Assembly (NCBI GenBank): GCA_002269645.1
Contig: NIVC01000052.1
Span: 682,001 to 746,000, forward strand
DNA: 64,000 bases
DNA from: Macrostomum lignano
Taxonomy: Eukaryota
Direction of reading: 5' to 3'
Shown piece after piece: positions 1 through 42,530 of this stretch. Under the pieces are notes generated by a model that was not told the DNA's origin, did no database searches, and was given only the letters and a program-made list of their open reading frames with translations. The position numbers and the translations under genes were made by a program. Positions within the stretch are counted from its first letter, which is position 1; the number at the start of each line of letters is the position of its first letter.

Positions 1-1362
1 CTGGCCTTGCCAAACAGAAACGGCAACCGCCGGTTCGGAGCAGGCCAGCCAGAGCGTCGCCTGCTTGCTGAGCATCCCGACATGATCGTCTGTGGCGGCC
101 TTTGCAGCTACTTTCACACCGAGGCAGCCGGAGCCACCGATGAAGCCGGATCGGATGCTGGGATCGATCACAGCAGGCTGGTGTTCTATGGAGATCGGCT
201 GCGAGTTCTGTCCGCCATGGTGACCGATGCGGAGGACTTGGAGAGGGTGAGATTGCTCTGTCTCCGCCGCCCGTTTCTTATCTCTTGTGTAGCATCTCCA
301 GTCTCACCGTGTCTCATCTCATCTCTCTCCCTGTTGTCTAGCATCTAGTCTCACCCTATCTCATCTCATCTCTCTCCCTGTTGTCTAGCATCTAGTCCCA
401 CCCTATCTTATCTCATCTCTCTCCTTGTTGTCTAGCATCTAGTCTCACCCTGTCTCATCTCATCTCTCTCCTTGTTGTCCAACATCTCTCATCTAGTCTC
501 ACCCTGTCTCATCTCATCTCTCTCCCTGTTGTCCAACATCTCCCATCTAGTCTCACCCTGTCTCATCTCATCTCTCTCCCTGTTGTCTAGCATCTAGTCT
601 CACCCTGTCTCATCTCATCTCTCTCCTTGTTGTCCAACATCTTCCATCTAGTCTCACCCTGTCTCATCTCATCTCTCTCCTTGTTGTCCAACATCTTCCA
701 TCTAGTCTCACCCTGTCTCATCTCATCTCTCTCCTTGTTGTCCAACATCTTCCATCTAGTCTCACCCTGTCTCATCTCATCTCTCTCCTTGTTGTCCAAC
801 ATCTTCCATCTAGTCTCACCCTGTCTCATCTCATCTCTCTCCTTGTTGTCTAGCATCTAGTCTCACCCTGTCTTATCTCATCTCTCTCCTTGTTGTCGAA
901 CATCTCCCATCTAGTCTCACCCTGTCTTATCTCATCTCTCTCCTTGTTGTCCAACATCTCCCATCTAGTCTCAGCCTGTCTCATCTCATCTCTTTCCCTT
1001 AAAATTTTTTTTGAGATGCCCCCTCTCTCTCTCTTTAGACTCTCCGCTCGCTAAAGCTGTCGTCTCTGCAGCCTCTCCTGCCTGGCCAGTGCCTGGCCTT
1101 CATGTTCATCTGCTGCGCCAAGGGCAGCAAGCACTACTTGGACCAGCCGGACATCGAGACCGGCGTGTTCAGTCGCCTGCTGCCCGGCGTGCCAGTGCTG
1201 GGCCTGTTCTCCGAGGGCGAGTTCAGCAGGAACTGCTCGCCTGGGGAGCGGTTTGCGGATGTGCCCAGCCCGCCACTTGGCTTGAGGGCCTACCGCACCA
1301 GCCTGTGCGTGCTGTCCTGGTCCAAGGGTCCTCCAGATCCGAAATGTCACTCCCCGGTCTGA
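1..1362 (+). CDS. FBXO22: FBXO22-like FIST-domain protein, last two exons (1-246 open at window edge; 1039-1362)
   Basis: Donor AGG|gtgaga at 247 and acceptor ctctttag| at 1038 join in phase 0. The product LAFMFICCAKGSKHY...ETGVFSRLLPGVPVLGLFSEGEF matches the FIST_C end of FBXO22 as recalled (GFMFACVGRG...[24 protein letters not shown]). The F-box would lie upstream of the window. Confidence 0.75.
296..990 (+). repeat. 54-bp tandem array filling the FBXO22-like intron
   Basis: Unit ctagtctcaccctgtctcatctcatctctctccttgttgtccaacatcttccat, about 12 copies including shorter variants. Confidence 0.95.
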
Positions 1363-1490
1363 AATGTCACTCCCCGGTCTGAAATGTCACCCCCGATCTG
1401 AAATGTCACTCCCGATCTGAAATGTCACTCCAATCCAATCCAATCCGAAGTGTCACTCCACTATCCGAAATGTCACTCCCCAATCCACAG
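1340..1490 (+). repeat. ~20-bp tandem array overlapping the FBXO22-like stop codon
   Basis: Unit ctgaaatgtcactccccggt, degenerating 3'-ward. Confidence 0.85.
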
Positions 1491-1719
1491 AGTCACTCCC
1501 TGTAAAGTTCATTCTTTAGCAATATGCATCACTTGTGCATTCGATTCGATATTTGTTACGTTTTAAAAATCAAAATATATTTCTTGTGTATGCTATCCAT
1601 TCTTTACATTCGTGCATCTTGAAGCTCTATTAATTTTAATACATTTTGCTTAGTAAGGATAATTAACGACTCGTGAGTAAAATACCACTTGGTCTGTGTA
1701 GTTCCCATTGAGTTTCTTG

Positions 1720-2470
1720 TACAATGAGCAGTTATTGATAATTCCCCTGAGCATTTATTGGTAATTCCCCTGAGCAGTTATTGGTAATTCCCTGAGCAGT
1801 TATTGGTAATTCCCTGAGCAGTTATCGATAATTCCCCTGAGCAGTTATCGATAATTCCCCTGAGCAGTTATTGGTAATTCCCCTGAGCAGTTATTGGTAA
1901 TTCCCTTGAGCAGTTTTTGATAATTCCATCGATAATTCCCCTGAGCAGTTTTTGATAATTCCCCTGAGCAGTTATTGTTAATTCCCATGAGCAGTTATTG
2001 ATAATTCCCCTGAGCAGTTATTGGTAATTCCAATGAGCAGTTATTGGTAATTCCCTGAGCAGTTATCGATAATTCCCCCGAGCAGTTATTGGTAATTCCC
2101 CTGAGCAGTTATCGATAATTCCCCTGAGCAGTTATCGATAATTCCCCTGAGCAGTTATTGGTAATTCCCCTGAGCAGTTATTGATAATTCCCCTGAGCAT
2201 TTATTGGTAATTCCCCTGAGCATTTATTGGTAATTCCCCTGAGCAGTTATCGATAATTCCCCTGAGCATTTATTGGTAATTCCCCTGAGCATTTATTGGT
2301 AATTCCCCTGAGCATTTATTGGTAATTCCCCTGAGCATTTATTGGTAATTCCCCTGAGCATTTATTGGTAATTCCATCGATAATTCCCCTGAGCAGTTAT
2401 CAATAATTCCCTTGAGCAGTTTTTGATAATTCCCCTGAGCAGTTATTGGTAATTCCCTTGGTCAGTTATT
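1720..2470 (+). repeat. 23-bp tandem array
   Basis: Unit gagcagttattggtaattcccct, about 30 copies. Confidence 0.95.
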
Positions 2471-2546
2471 GGCGATTCCTCATATTTCCAACCGTTCCGT
2501 GCCGCATTCCTGCTTGCAGTCCAGCTCTTAGCGAGTTTCTTCTGAG

Positions 2547-5474
2547 ATGATGAACCCGCAGCTTTCAGTCGCCGCCTGTCTGGTTGGAGTTTTCGCTTGG
2601 GCCTGCTTTATGGGCCTTCACATGGTGCCCGAGGGTGCGCGGAATTGATAACTTCTTCATTTAGTGCTATTTCTATTTTTTTCATGCGCGTCTATTTCAG
2701 CTACTTAAAGTAGAAACATGAAAAAAAGCAGCTAAAACTTATTTTTTCGCATTCAGGTTACGTTGGCGTTTACTATCGAGCCGGTGCCCTGCTACAGACC
2801 GTGTCCCAGCCTGGAATGCACGTCATGTTCCCCCTGATCACCTCTGTGCGACACGTTCAGGTAGGATGTTGCCAGTGCTGAAATCTACTTTCCTCCCAGA
2901 CCCTCAGTTACTGAGCCAGCCTCCCAGAGTGTCAGTTGCTGGGCCAGCCTCCCAGATATTCAGTTGCTGGGCCAGCCTCCCAGACCCTCAGTTGCTGGGC
3001 CAGCCTCCCAGAGTGTCAGTTGCTGGGCCAGCCTCCCAGACCCTCAGTTGCTGGGCCAGCCTCCCAGATCCTCAGTTGCTGGGCCAGCCTCCCAGATCCT
3101 CAGTTGCTGGGCCAGCCTCCCAGACCCTCAGTTGCTGGGCCAGCCTCCCAGACCCTCAGTTGCTGGGCCAGCCTCCCAGAGTGTCAGTTGCTGGGCCAGC
3201 CTCCCAGAGTGTCAGTTGCTGGGCCAGCCTCCCAGACCCTCAGTTGCTGGGCCAGCCTCCCAGATCCTCGGTTGCTGGGCCAGCCTCCCAGATATTCAGT
3301 TGCTGGGCCAGCCTCCCAGAGTGTCAGTTGCTGGGCCAGCCTCCCAGAGTGTCAGTTGCTGGGCCAGCCTCCCAGAGTGTCAGTTGCTGGGCCAGCCTCC
3401 CAGACCCTCAGTTGCTGGGCCAGCCTCCCAGAGTGTCAGTTGCTGGGCCAGCCTCCCAGAGTGTCAGTTGCTGGGCCAGCCTCCCAGAGTGTCAGTTGCT
3501 GGGCCAGCCTCCCAGATCCTCAGTTGCTGGGCCAGCCTCCCAGACCCTCAGTTGCTGGGCCAGCCTCCCAGAGTGTCAGTTGCTGGGCCAGCCTCCCAGA
3601 TCCTCGGTTGCTGGGCCAGCCTCCCAGACCCTCAGTTGCTGGGCCAGCCTCCCAGAGTGTCAGTTGCTGGGCCAGCCTCCCAGAGTGTCAGTTGCTGGGC
3701 CAGCCTCCCAGAGTGTCAGTTGCTGGGCCAGCCTCCCAGAGTGTCAGTTGCTGGGCCAGCCTCCCAGATCCTCAGTTGCTGGGCCAGCCTCCCAGACCCT
3801 CAGTTGCTGGGCCAGCCTCCCAGATCCTCGGTTGCTGGGCCAGCCTCCCAGATATTCAGTTGCTGGGCCAGCCTCCCAGATATTCAGTTGCTGGGCCAGC
3901 CTCCCAGATCCTCAGTTGCTGGGCCGGTCGCCAGCCTCCCAGATCCTCAGTTGCTGGGCCAGCCTCCCAGATCCTCAGTTGCTGGGCCGGTCGCCACCCT
4001 CCCAGATGTCCCGAGCTAAACCTGTTGCATTTCTGCACCGCCATCCCCGCGCACCAGGTGACCCTGCAAACAGATGAGGTGAAGAATGTGCCCTGCGGAA
4101 CATCTGGCGGAGTTCTGATCTACTTCGAGCGGATCGAAGTTGTCAACATCCTGGACATGGAGAGCGCGCACACTGTTGTAAAGAAATTCTCTGTCGATTA
4201 CGACAGAACGCTGATTTACAATAAAATCCATCACGAGTTGAATCAGTTCTGCTCAGTGAATACTCTGCAGGATGTCTACATTAAAAAGTTCGGTGAGCTG
4301 ATGCCGCAGTTGGCCCAAACAGGCGTGCTGCTTGTGAGGAGATGAGAAAGGAAAAGAGGGCATTAGAGATTCAGCATAAGAGGAAAGAAAAGGATGAGAA
4401 AATTATGAGACAGGAGAGGTGTGGATTAGAGTCTAGAGGGAAGGGTTAGAGAAGGGTTGAGGGATTGCATAGGCAGGGGGATTAGACAGAAAGGGATTAG
4501 AGAGGGAAGGATTCGAGAGGAGGGATTAGAGAGGGAAGGATTCGAGAGGAGGGATTAGAGAGGGAAGGATTCGAGAGGGGGGATTAGAGAGGGAAGGATT
4601 CGAGAGGGGGGATTAGAGAGGGAAGGATTCGAGAGGAGGGATTAGAGAGGGAAGGATTCGAGAGGAGGGATTAGAGAGGGAAGGATTCGAGAGGAGGGGT
4701 TAGAGAGGGAAGGATTCGAGAGGAGGGATTAGAGAGGGAAGGATTCGAGAGGGGAGTTGAGGTAAAAGAAAAGGAAGCATGAGAGCGGGGAGAGTTGCCA
4801 CCCCAACCGTGTTAATGTCGAACGCAACCCCGGCACCAGACTGAAGACTCCCCCCCCATCCCACCGCACCCGCAGACCAAATCGATGAGAACCTGAAGTC
4901 GGCCCTGCAAGAGGACCTCACCAAGATGGCTCCCGGCCTCTCAATCGTGGCCGTCCGCGTCACCAAGCCGAAGATCCCGGAGACGCTGCGCAAGAACTAC
5001 GAATCCATGGAGGGCGAGAAGACGCAGCTGATGATCGCCAATGAGCGGCAGCGAGTTGAAGAGAAACTGGCCGAGACCGAGCGCAAGAAGGCCGTCATCA
5101 ACGCTGAGAAGGCCGCCCAAATCTCGCGCATTGAATGGGAGATGAAGATCACGCAGAAGGAGAGCGAGAAGAAGATCTCCGAGATCGAGGACCAGGCCGC
5201 TCTCGCCCGCTCCCGGTCCCACTCGGACGCGGAGCTGTACCGGGCCAAGCAGGCCACTGACAGCGAGTTCTACCGGCTGCAGAAGGAGGCCGAAGGCAAC
5301 AAGCTGCGGCTGACGCCCGAGTTCCTTGAGTACACCCGCTTACTGGCTTTGTTTAACAATACCAAGATCTACTTTGGCCAGAGCATTCCAACCATGCTTA
5401 GCGAGAATGTCATGCTTTCCGCCGGGGCCGCGAAGGCCGGTCCCGCCGCCACCGCTGGGAAGCGGCAGCCGTGA
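2547..5474 (+). CDS. ERLIN: Erlin (SPFH-domain ER lipid raft protein), 4 exons: 2547-2634, 2757-2860, 4058-4292, 4876-5474; 341 aa
   Basis: All junctions are GT-AG with matching phases and the total of 1026 nt is in frame. Diagnostic erlin motifs: [67 protein letters not shown]. Confidence 0.97.
2893..4010 (+). repeat. 28-bp minisatellite filling erlin intron 2
   Basis: Unit cagttgctgggccagcctcccag followed by a variable 5-mer (accct/agtgt/atcct/atatt), about 39 copies. Confidence 0.97.
4490..4755 (+). repeat. 29-bp purine-rich array in erlin intron 3
   Basis: Unit gagagggaaggattcgagaggagggatta, about 9 copies. Confidence 0.93.
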
Positions 5475-5695
5475 TCTGCCCTGTAACTGCAGCTAGATCT
5501 GCCCTGTAACTGCAGCTAGATCTGCCCTGTAACTGCAGCTAGATCTGGTCTGTAACTGCAGCTAGATCTGGTCTGTAACTGCAGCTAGATCTGGTCTGTA
5601 ACTGCAGCTAGATCTGGTCTGTAACTGCAGCTAGATCTGGTCTGTAACTGCAGCTAGATCTGGTCTGTAACTGCAGCTAGATCTGGTCTGTAACA
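5473..5695 (+). repeat. 23-bp array starting at the erlin stop codon
   Basis: Unit gatctg(cc/gt)ctgtaactgcagcta, 9-10 copies. Confidence 0.95.
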
Positions 5696-5984
5696 ATAGC
5701 ATGACTTACTGCTCAATATATACTTGTTTGTCTCACTAGACCTGAATGAATGTAATGATTGATGTGAAAATGTCTTGTACTATTAGCAGTCATTCGTTTG
5801 ATTTGCTAAATATGTTATTACAAGCTCCAACAGCTTAGCCAAACAAAAATATGATTTTATAAGTTCTCTTTGTCTAAGCTTGCTTCTTCATCTGTGCCCT
5901 TGATGTTCCACTGAAAACATTTCCGATTGAGAATGTGGGGATCTGTGTGAGGTGTCCCTTCAACGAAGTGCCTCCTGACCCACC

Positions 5985-6565
5985 AAGGAATCGCCCTCCT
6001 GACCCACCAAGGAATCGCTCTCCTGATCCACCAAGGAATCCCCTGCTGACCCACCAAGGAATCGCCCTCCTGACCCACCAAGGAATCGCCCTCCTGACCC
6101 ACCAAGGAATCGCTCTCCTGACCCACCAAGGAATCGCCCTCCTGACCCACCAAGAAATCGCTCTGTTGACCCACCAAGAAATCGCTCTGTTGACCCACCA
6201 AAGAATCCCCTGCTGACCCACCAAGAAATCGCTCTGTTGACCCACCAAAGAATCCCCTGCTGACCCACCAAGAAATCGCTCTGTTGACCCACCAAGGAAT
6301 CCCCTGCTGACCCACCAAGGAATCGCCCTCCTGACCCACCAAGGAATCGCCCTCCTGACCCACCAACGAAGTGCCCCCTGACCCACCAAGGAATCGCCCT
6401 CCTGACCCACCAAGGAATCGCCCTCCTGACCCACCAAGGAATCGCCCTTCTGACCCACCAAAGAATCGCCCTCAAGACCCACCAAGGAATCCCCTGCTGA
6501 CCCACCAAGGAATCGCCTGCTGACCCAGCAAGAAATCGCTCTGCTGACCCACCAAGGAATCGCCC
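5985..6565 (+). repeat. 23/24-bp tandem array
   Basis: Unit atcgccctcctgacccaccaagga with variants. Confidence 0.95.
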
Positions 6566-7103
6566 ATTCAATCGGCTACCCTAGTTTTTATTAATTAGCA
6601 AGACTATTTCTGCGTCTCCTGTTGTGTTAAATGATTGTCCAGCACAATTTTGCTTATCACTGTTATTCAGATTGCGAGAGGCTGCCTACTGTTGGCTTAG
6701 ATGTGAAGTAGTTGCTGCCGCCTGTCATGGGGACTTATGTTATTATTATATGCATTATATAATAATTCGGAGACTTTAATTCTCTACAGAGGCCAAAAAC
6801 AATAGCTAAAACACAGTGAATTGAATTGTCTATCTGTTGCTTTTTTAATCCTGTAATTTATCCATTTGTAAACTCTCTCTGCTTAAAATGCGAGAATTGA
6901 TACCTGTCTGCAACAGACCAATTCCTTATGCTTCAGTTTGCTTTGCAAATTGTTTATCAACTTGCTAGATTTGTTGTGAAACTAATCAAAAATAAATTAA
7001 TTTTTGTCAGAGTGAACCCCAGTTAACGTGTGTTTTGTTTTTCTGCATATTGCTAACGTGTTTCTAATCCATATTTCAAATTGATTGAAACTTGCTGTCT
7101 TTG

Positions 7104-7660
7104 ACTTAGTTTACTGGGCTTGCCAAGCCGCCCTCGATAATCCGTGCCAAGCCGCCCTCGATAATCCAAACCACCCTCGATAATCCGTGCCAAACCACCC
7201 TCGATAATCCAAACTACCCTCGATAATCCAAACCACCCTCGATAATCCAAACTACCCTCGATAATCCAAACCACCCTCGATAATCCTTGCAAAACCACCC
7301 TCGATAATCCACACCACCCTCGATAATCCGTGCCAACCACCCTCGATAATCCGTGTCAAACCACCCTCGATAATCCGTGCCAACCACCCTCGATAATCCC
7401 AACCACCCTCGATAATCCGTGCCAACCACCCTCGATAATCCAAACTACCCTCGATAATCCAAACCACCCTCGATAATCCTTGCAAAACCACCCTCGATAA
7501 TCCACACCACCCTCGATAATCCGTGCCAACCACCCTCGATAATCCGTGTCAAACCACCCTCGATAATCCGTGCCAACCACCCTCGATAATCCCAACCACC
7601 CTCGATAATCCCAACCACCCTCGATAATCCCAACCACCCTCGATAATCCAAACCACCCTC
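7104..7660 (+). repeat. 19-23-bp tandem array
   Basis: Core accctcgataatcc with variable linkers. Confidence 0.95.
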
Positions 7661-8074
7661 GTTAAGCCTTACCAAACTTGAGATGTGTTTATTGTCTCAG
7701 GATTATACGGGACATTTGCAATGCGCGCTACTTACAGTAGCCGGTCGAGGCTACATGAAAAGCCGGCTATAGTGAAGTATCTGCAGCCCACGGGTCCAGC
7801 AAGTCGGCGGTCATTGGCTGGCGAAGCGATTGATTCACTCAGCCTATTGCGCACCGCCGCTCAGTTGAATATTTCGACCCCTATAAAGCACACTTTGCTG
7901 CAGATAGAGACAGGAAAAGGCTCGAATATATTCTTATATCCCGCCACACCTTTCCCTCCTATTACAATGAAGCGTTCGCGGTGATTCTCGTTTCAAAACT
8001 GACTTATACTGAATGGTAAGTGACGATCGGTTGTGTCTATTCATAAATATACATCACTATAATACCTTAGTGAG

Positions 8075-8990
8075 AGGAGAGATTAAGAGGGGAGAGTGGA
8101 CACTGAGAGGGGGAGGGGGAGAGAGTGGACAGTGAGGGGAGAGTGGACTGTGAGAGCGGAGAGAGTGGACAGTGAGGGGAGTGTGGAGAGGGGGAGAGAG
8201 TGGACAGTGAGAGGGGAGAGAGTGGGAGAGAGTGGAAAGTGAGGGGAGAGTGAACAGTGAGGGGGAGAGAGTGGACAGTGAGAGGGGGAGAGAGAGTGGA
8301 CAGTGAGGTGGAGAGGGGGAGATAGTGGACAGTGAGAGAGTGGACAGTGAGAGGGCGGAGAGGGGGAGAGAGTGGACAGTGAGAGGGGGTAGAGGGTGGA
8401 CAGTGAGAGGGAGAGGGGGAGAGAGTGGACAGTGAGAGGGAGAGGGGGAGATAGTGGACAGGGAATGGGGTAGAGGGTGGACAGTGAGAGGGAGAGGGGG
8501 AGAGAGTGGACAGTGAGAGGGGGAGAGGGGGAGAGAGTGGACAGTGAGAGGGGGAGAGGGGGAGAGAGTGAACAGTGAGGTGGAGAGGGGGAGATAGTGG
8601 ACAGTGAGAGAGGGGAGAGGGGGAGAGTGGACAGTGAGGTGGAGAGGGGGAGATAGTGGACAGTGAGAGAGGGGAGAGGGGGAGAGTGGACAGTGAGAGG
8701 GGGAGAGGGGGAGAGAGTGAACAGTGAGGTGGAGAGGGGGAGATAGTGGACAGGGAATGGGGTAGAGGGTGGACAGGAAGAGGGGAGAGGGGGAGAGAGT
8801 GGACAGTGAGAGGAAAGAGGAGAGAGGAGAGTCAGGAGAGAGTGGACAGTGAGTGGAGAGTGGGAGAGAGGGGACAGTGAGAGGAGAGTGGACAGTGAGT
8901 GGAGAGTGGGAGAGAGGGGACAGTGAGAGGAGAGTGGACAGTGAGTGGAGAGTGGGAGAGAGGGGACATTGAGAGGAGGCAGTGTGAAGG
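8075..8990 (+). repeat. Purine-rich degenerate array
   Basis: Core gagagtggacagtgagagggg; the plus strand is nearly all G and A. Confidence 0.92.
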
Positions 8991-9494
8991 AGAGACACGG
9001 ATGAGCTGGTCAGGTGGTAGTGCGGGTTCACCAGTTAAACACGAACCGCGGTTTCACTGCAGTTTTGCGCAGTTGATCAGCGGGTTTGCGAGCTCAGAGC
9101 TCACAGCTGTTCTCCGTACCCTCGGAAGTGTTTGGCCTCATCAAGAACCTTCTTAGAATCACTTTTCTCAATCAGTTATTTTTGCAAACCAGTAATGCCG
9201 TATTTGAGACGAAACCTTGATTCTAGAAGTACATAATAGAGAAATTGCTTTTGCATTTTTGTTCTCTTGCTTACTAACTTTGAAGCAATTCTGCAGCTGC
9301 GTATTGAGGCCGCAGCAGCTGTTGCTCAATGTACCTGCTCTCCATGGCAGTTGGAAAGCGAATCTGCAGAGGTCAGGCCTAGGTGCATTTGAGCGGAAAT
9401 AGTGAAGGAATTTCTATAGCGCTGTTGGAATATTCTAGAAAGCTCAAAGTTTGTTTGTTCTAAGTGCAAAATTGTTTATCATAGCTAAAACTCC

Positions 9495-9950
9495 AGTGTT
9501 TATCCAGCTAAACTCCAAAGTGTTTACCCACCTATAAACTCCAAAGTGTTTACCCACCTATAAACTCCAAAGTGTTTATCCACCTATAAACTCCAAAGTG
9601 TTTATCTACATGTAGATAAAGTCTCCAAAGTGTTTGTCCAGCTAAACTCCAAAGTGTTTATTTAGCTAAACTCCAAAGTGTTTATCTAGCTATAAACTCC
9701 AAAGTGTTTATCTAGCTAAACTCCAGTGTTTATCCAGCTAATCTCTAAAGTGTTTATCGAGCTATAAACTCCAAAGTGTTTATCTAGCTAAACTCCAAAG
9801 TGTTTATCAAGCTAAACTCCAGTGTTTATCCAGCTAAACTCCAAAGTGTTTATCTAGCTATTAACTCCAAAGTGTTTATCTAGCTATAAACTCCAAAGTG
9901 TTTATCTAGCTATTAACTCCAAAGTGTTTATCGAGCTAAACTCCAAAGTC
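9495..9950 (+). repeat. 24-26-bp tandem array
   Basis: Unit aaactccaaagtgtttatctagct(at). Confidence 0.92.
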
Positions 9951-11091
9951 TTCACCTGGCAAAGCGCCAAAAGGTGACAAAACTTGAAGAAGGCGCTCAT
10001 GTTTCACCAACTTCCCGCTCACTGACCCAAAAGCCTTGAAATGCGCCATTAATCTTGTCAAACCCGCGCGCACTGCACTACCTGCGCGTCATAAAGTTTA
10101 ACAGAGTTTTATTAGTTGACGCCGAACTTTAATAGCATCATGAATTCCCGGGAGGATCCCCGCGCCGCCGATCATCCCCAATATAAATTCTTAGATTCGA
10201 TATTCCATTCGGAGACCAACTGTTCACGTGATGACAATGATTTTAATAAATTTAAAAAATAACTTTCTACACCAGCTCTGCAGTTTGGTGTAGCCGTCGA
10301 GGCTTGGTATTAGCAAAGTATTTTGCACCCCGGGGTTTGGCAGCATCAGAACGCTCTTGCTTTTGGCAGCGGCGATAAAACTGCTTGGCCAGGAGCAGAA
10401 GACCAAAAGCAGCCTGTCTGGCTATGGGAAGCAATAAAACTGTTTATGACCGTCTCTGTCTTCACACTTTGCTAGCAGCTTTTCCACCACTGGCTAAGAG
10501 AACGTTGGAATTTGACTTTTAATCTGTCCGGGACCACGGTAGCCTCGGTAGCCACACACTGCAGACTGTTCTGGCTACTCATATTGATGCATAGATTCAT
10601 CATTGCATTGAGAGTTTGTATATTGTAAGTTTTTGCGTGCGCCTGTCTCACGGTACGGTGCGCTCCGAGATACGAAGGGCCAAATACTCCGCACTGGGTT
10701 GTCATGGATACGGTTGACTGGTTGAGAATCAGGTTTGCACTGCAAGCGAGAGAGGCTGGAACGCATGCAGGCATTTGATCAGATGCAGACGCTTGAGCGC
10801 GAAGTGAAACCGGACGCGCCTCGCCGTGCTTGTGCGGCTCCAGCCGGCTTGTTTATTCGATGGGTTCCAAAAGAGGCCGGAGCGGATGTGCTGTGTGAGG
10901 GAAACTGATTTGCATATGTGCTAAACTGCGTGCGAAACTGAGAGATGGAGATTGAAAGATTGGGGGAAATGGTAGATAGATTGGTGGAGACGGTAGACAG
11001 ATTGGAGGAGATGGTAGATTGATTGGCGGAGATAGTAGATAGATTGGAGGAGACGGTAGATAGATCGAGAGAGATGGTAGATTGACTTCTA

Positions 11092-11345
11092 CCAGACTGA
11101 AGGTGACTGCAGATAGACTGAAGGAGACTGCAGATAGACTGAAGGAGACTGCAGATAGACTGAAGGAGACTGCAGATAGACTGAAGGAGACTGCAGATAG
11201 ACTGAAGGAGACTGCAGATAGACTGAAGGTGACTGCAGATAGACTGAAGGAGACTGCAGATAGACTGAAGGAGACTGCAGATAGACTGAAGGAGACTGCA
11301 GATAGACTGAAGGAGACTGCAGATAGACTGAAGGAGACTGCAGAA
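11092..11345 (+). repeat. 21-bp tandem array
   Basis: Unit gactgaaggagactgcagata, about 12 near-perfect copies. Confidence 0.95.
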
Positions 11346-12325
11346 CGCACCGAAACAGCAGAGGCAATCCCCTATAAACAGAAGCAGTGAAGCAAGCAAA
11401 TCGCTTTTCTGCTTTCAGCCCCGCCCGCCCAGCAGCCAGCATCTCGGTCCTCGGCTGTGAGCAGTCTAGCTTGACCCCTGTCTCCTACTCCACTCCCAGG
11501 GAGATGGACCACTCCCCCCCGTGGCTCCCAGCCTCCTCACCGGTGCCTCATCGCCCAGCCTTGAAATCAATGATCGCAGAGCAACCCAGCCGCAGTTCAG
11601 TTCGCGGGGAAAATATTCCTAGAAATAGTCACTCTCTCTCTCTCCGTTAGAAATCGATTGACAATAAGCTCGCTCTCTTCTAGGAGAGAATGCCGCTCGC
11701 TGCTCTCTCTGGCAACAAATAAATTGCCTAAATATTTGCCCCCTGGGCGAGCCGATGGAGAGCGGAGGCTGGGGTGCCCTCAATTCCCCCCCCCGCCGCT
11801 GAAGAGCCGGTCGCGGGCGAGATCAAACAACTCGAACTTATCAACGGCCCAGCAATATGAGGATTCCTGCACTGTTGCTGGGGGCAGGGAAAGCAGACTC
11901 TTATAAGATGGCGAAAAGTTTAACGCTGGGGAGAAGAACTTGAACTCAAATCAACTGACCGCGGGGGGGGCATTGGCGTGACTGACAACTGGAACTAGGA
12001 TTCGAACCGTGCCTTCTCCCTGCCTGCGACTTCCCAAGCCATCTTATCTGTCCGATTCAATCTGGGGATGCCAATCTGATTGGTCATTGGCTCCAATTTG
12101 CACTGGGAATGCCCTCGTGCCGACCCCTCCCAACACTCGGTTCTGTGGATCCGTGACATCCCCTTTAGGCGATAACTGCATTGAGCACTCATTTTCATTG
12201 GCGACTCAGTCACTTATTTCTATTGATCAATTATTGCTGTGGACTTTCTCTGTCCTTCCATATATAGCAAGGGCAGTTCATTTATTCAGAAACTGAATAT
12301 TCCAGTTTCATTTTCGGTTTTGACT

Positions 12326-12850
<525 letters not shown>

Positions 12851-12999
12851 ATAGATGTTTCCAGAAGATACTCGTATAATCACAAGCGTTCCCTCGAATT
12901 CCAGTGCTGATCTGCCGAGATCGCAGGCAATAAATCAGCAGCCGCTTGTCACCTGATTCACCCAGAAGTCAGCCGGATCACCTGGCCCAGCTCATCGAA

Positions 13000-42530
<29,531 letters not shown>

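Noticed and set aside
2893-4010. CRISPR-like array (constant repeat plus variable segment)
   Set aside because: The variable part is only 5 bp and recurs, there are no unique spacers or cas genes, and the context is eukaryotic.
2866-4077. Long repeat-derived ORFs (also 17403-18406, 21532-22466, 23139-24059, 26231-27226, 30543-31787, 35769-36338, 48031-50076, 51097-53115, 54178-55158)
   Set aside because: They are translations of stop-free tandem units, mostly lying inside introns defined by flanking exons, and often open in several frames at once.
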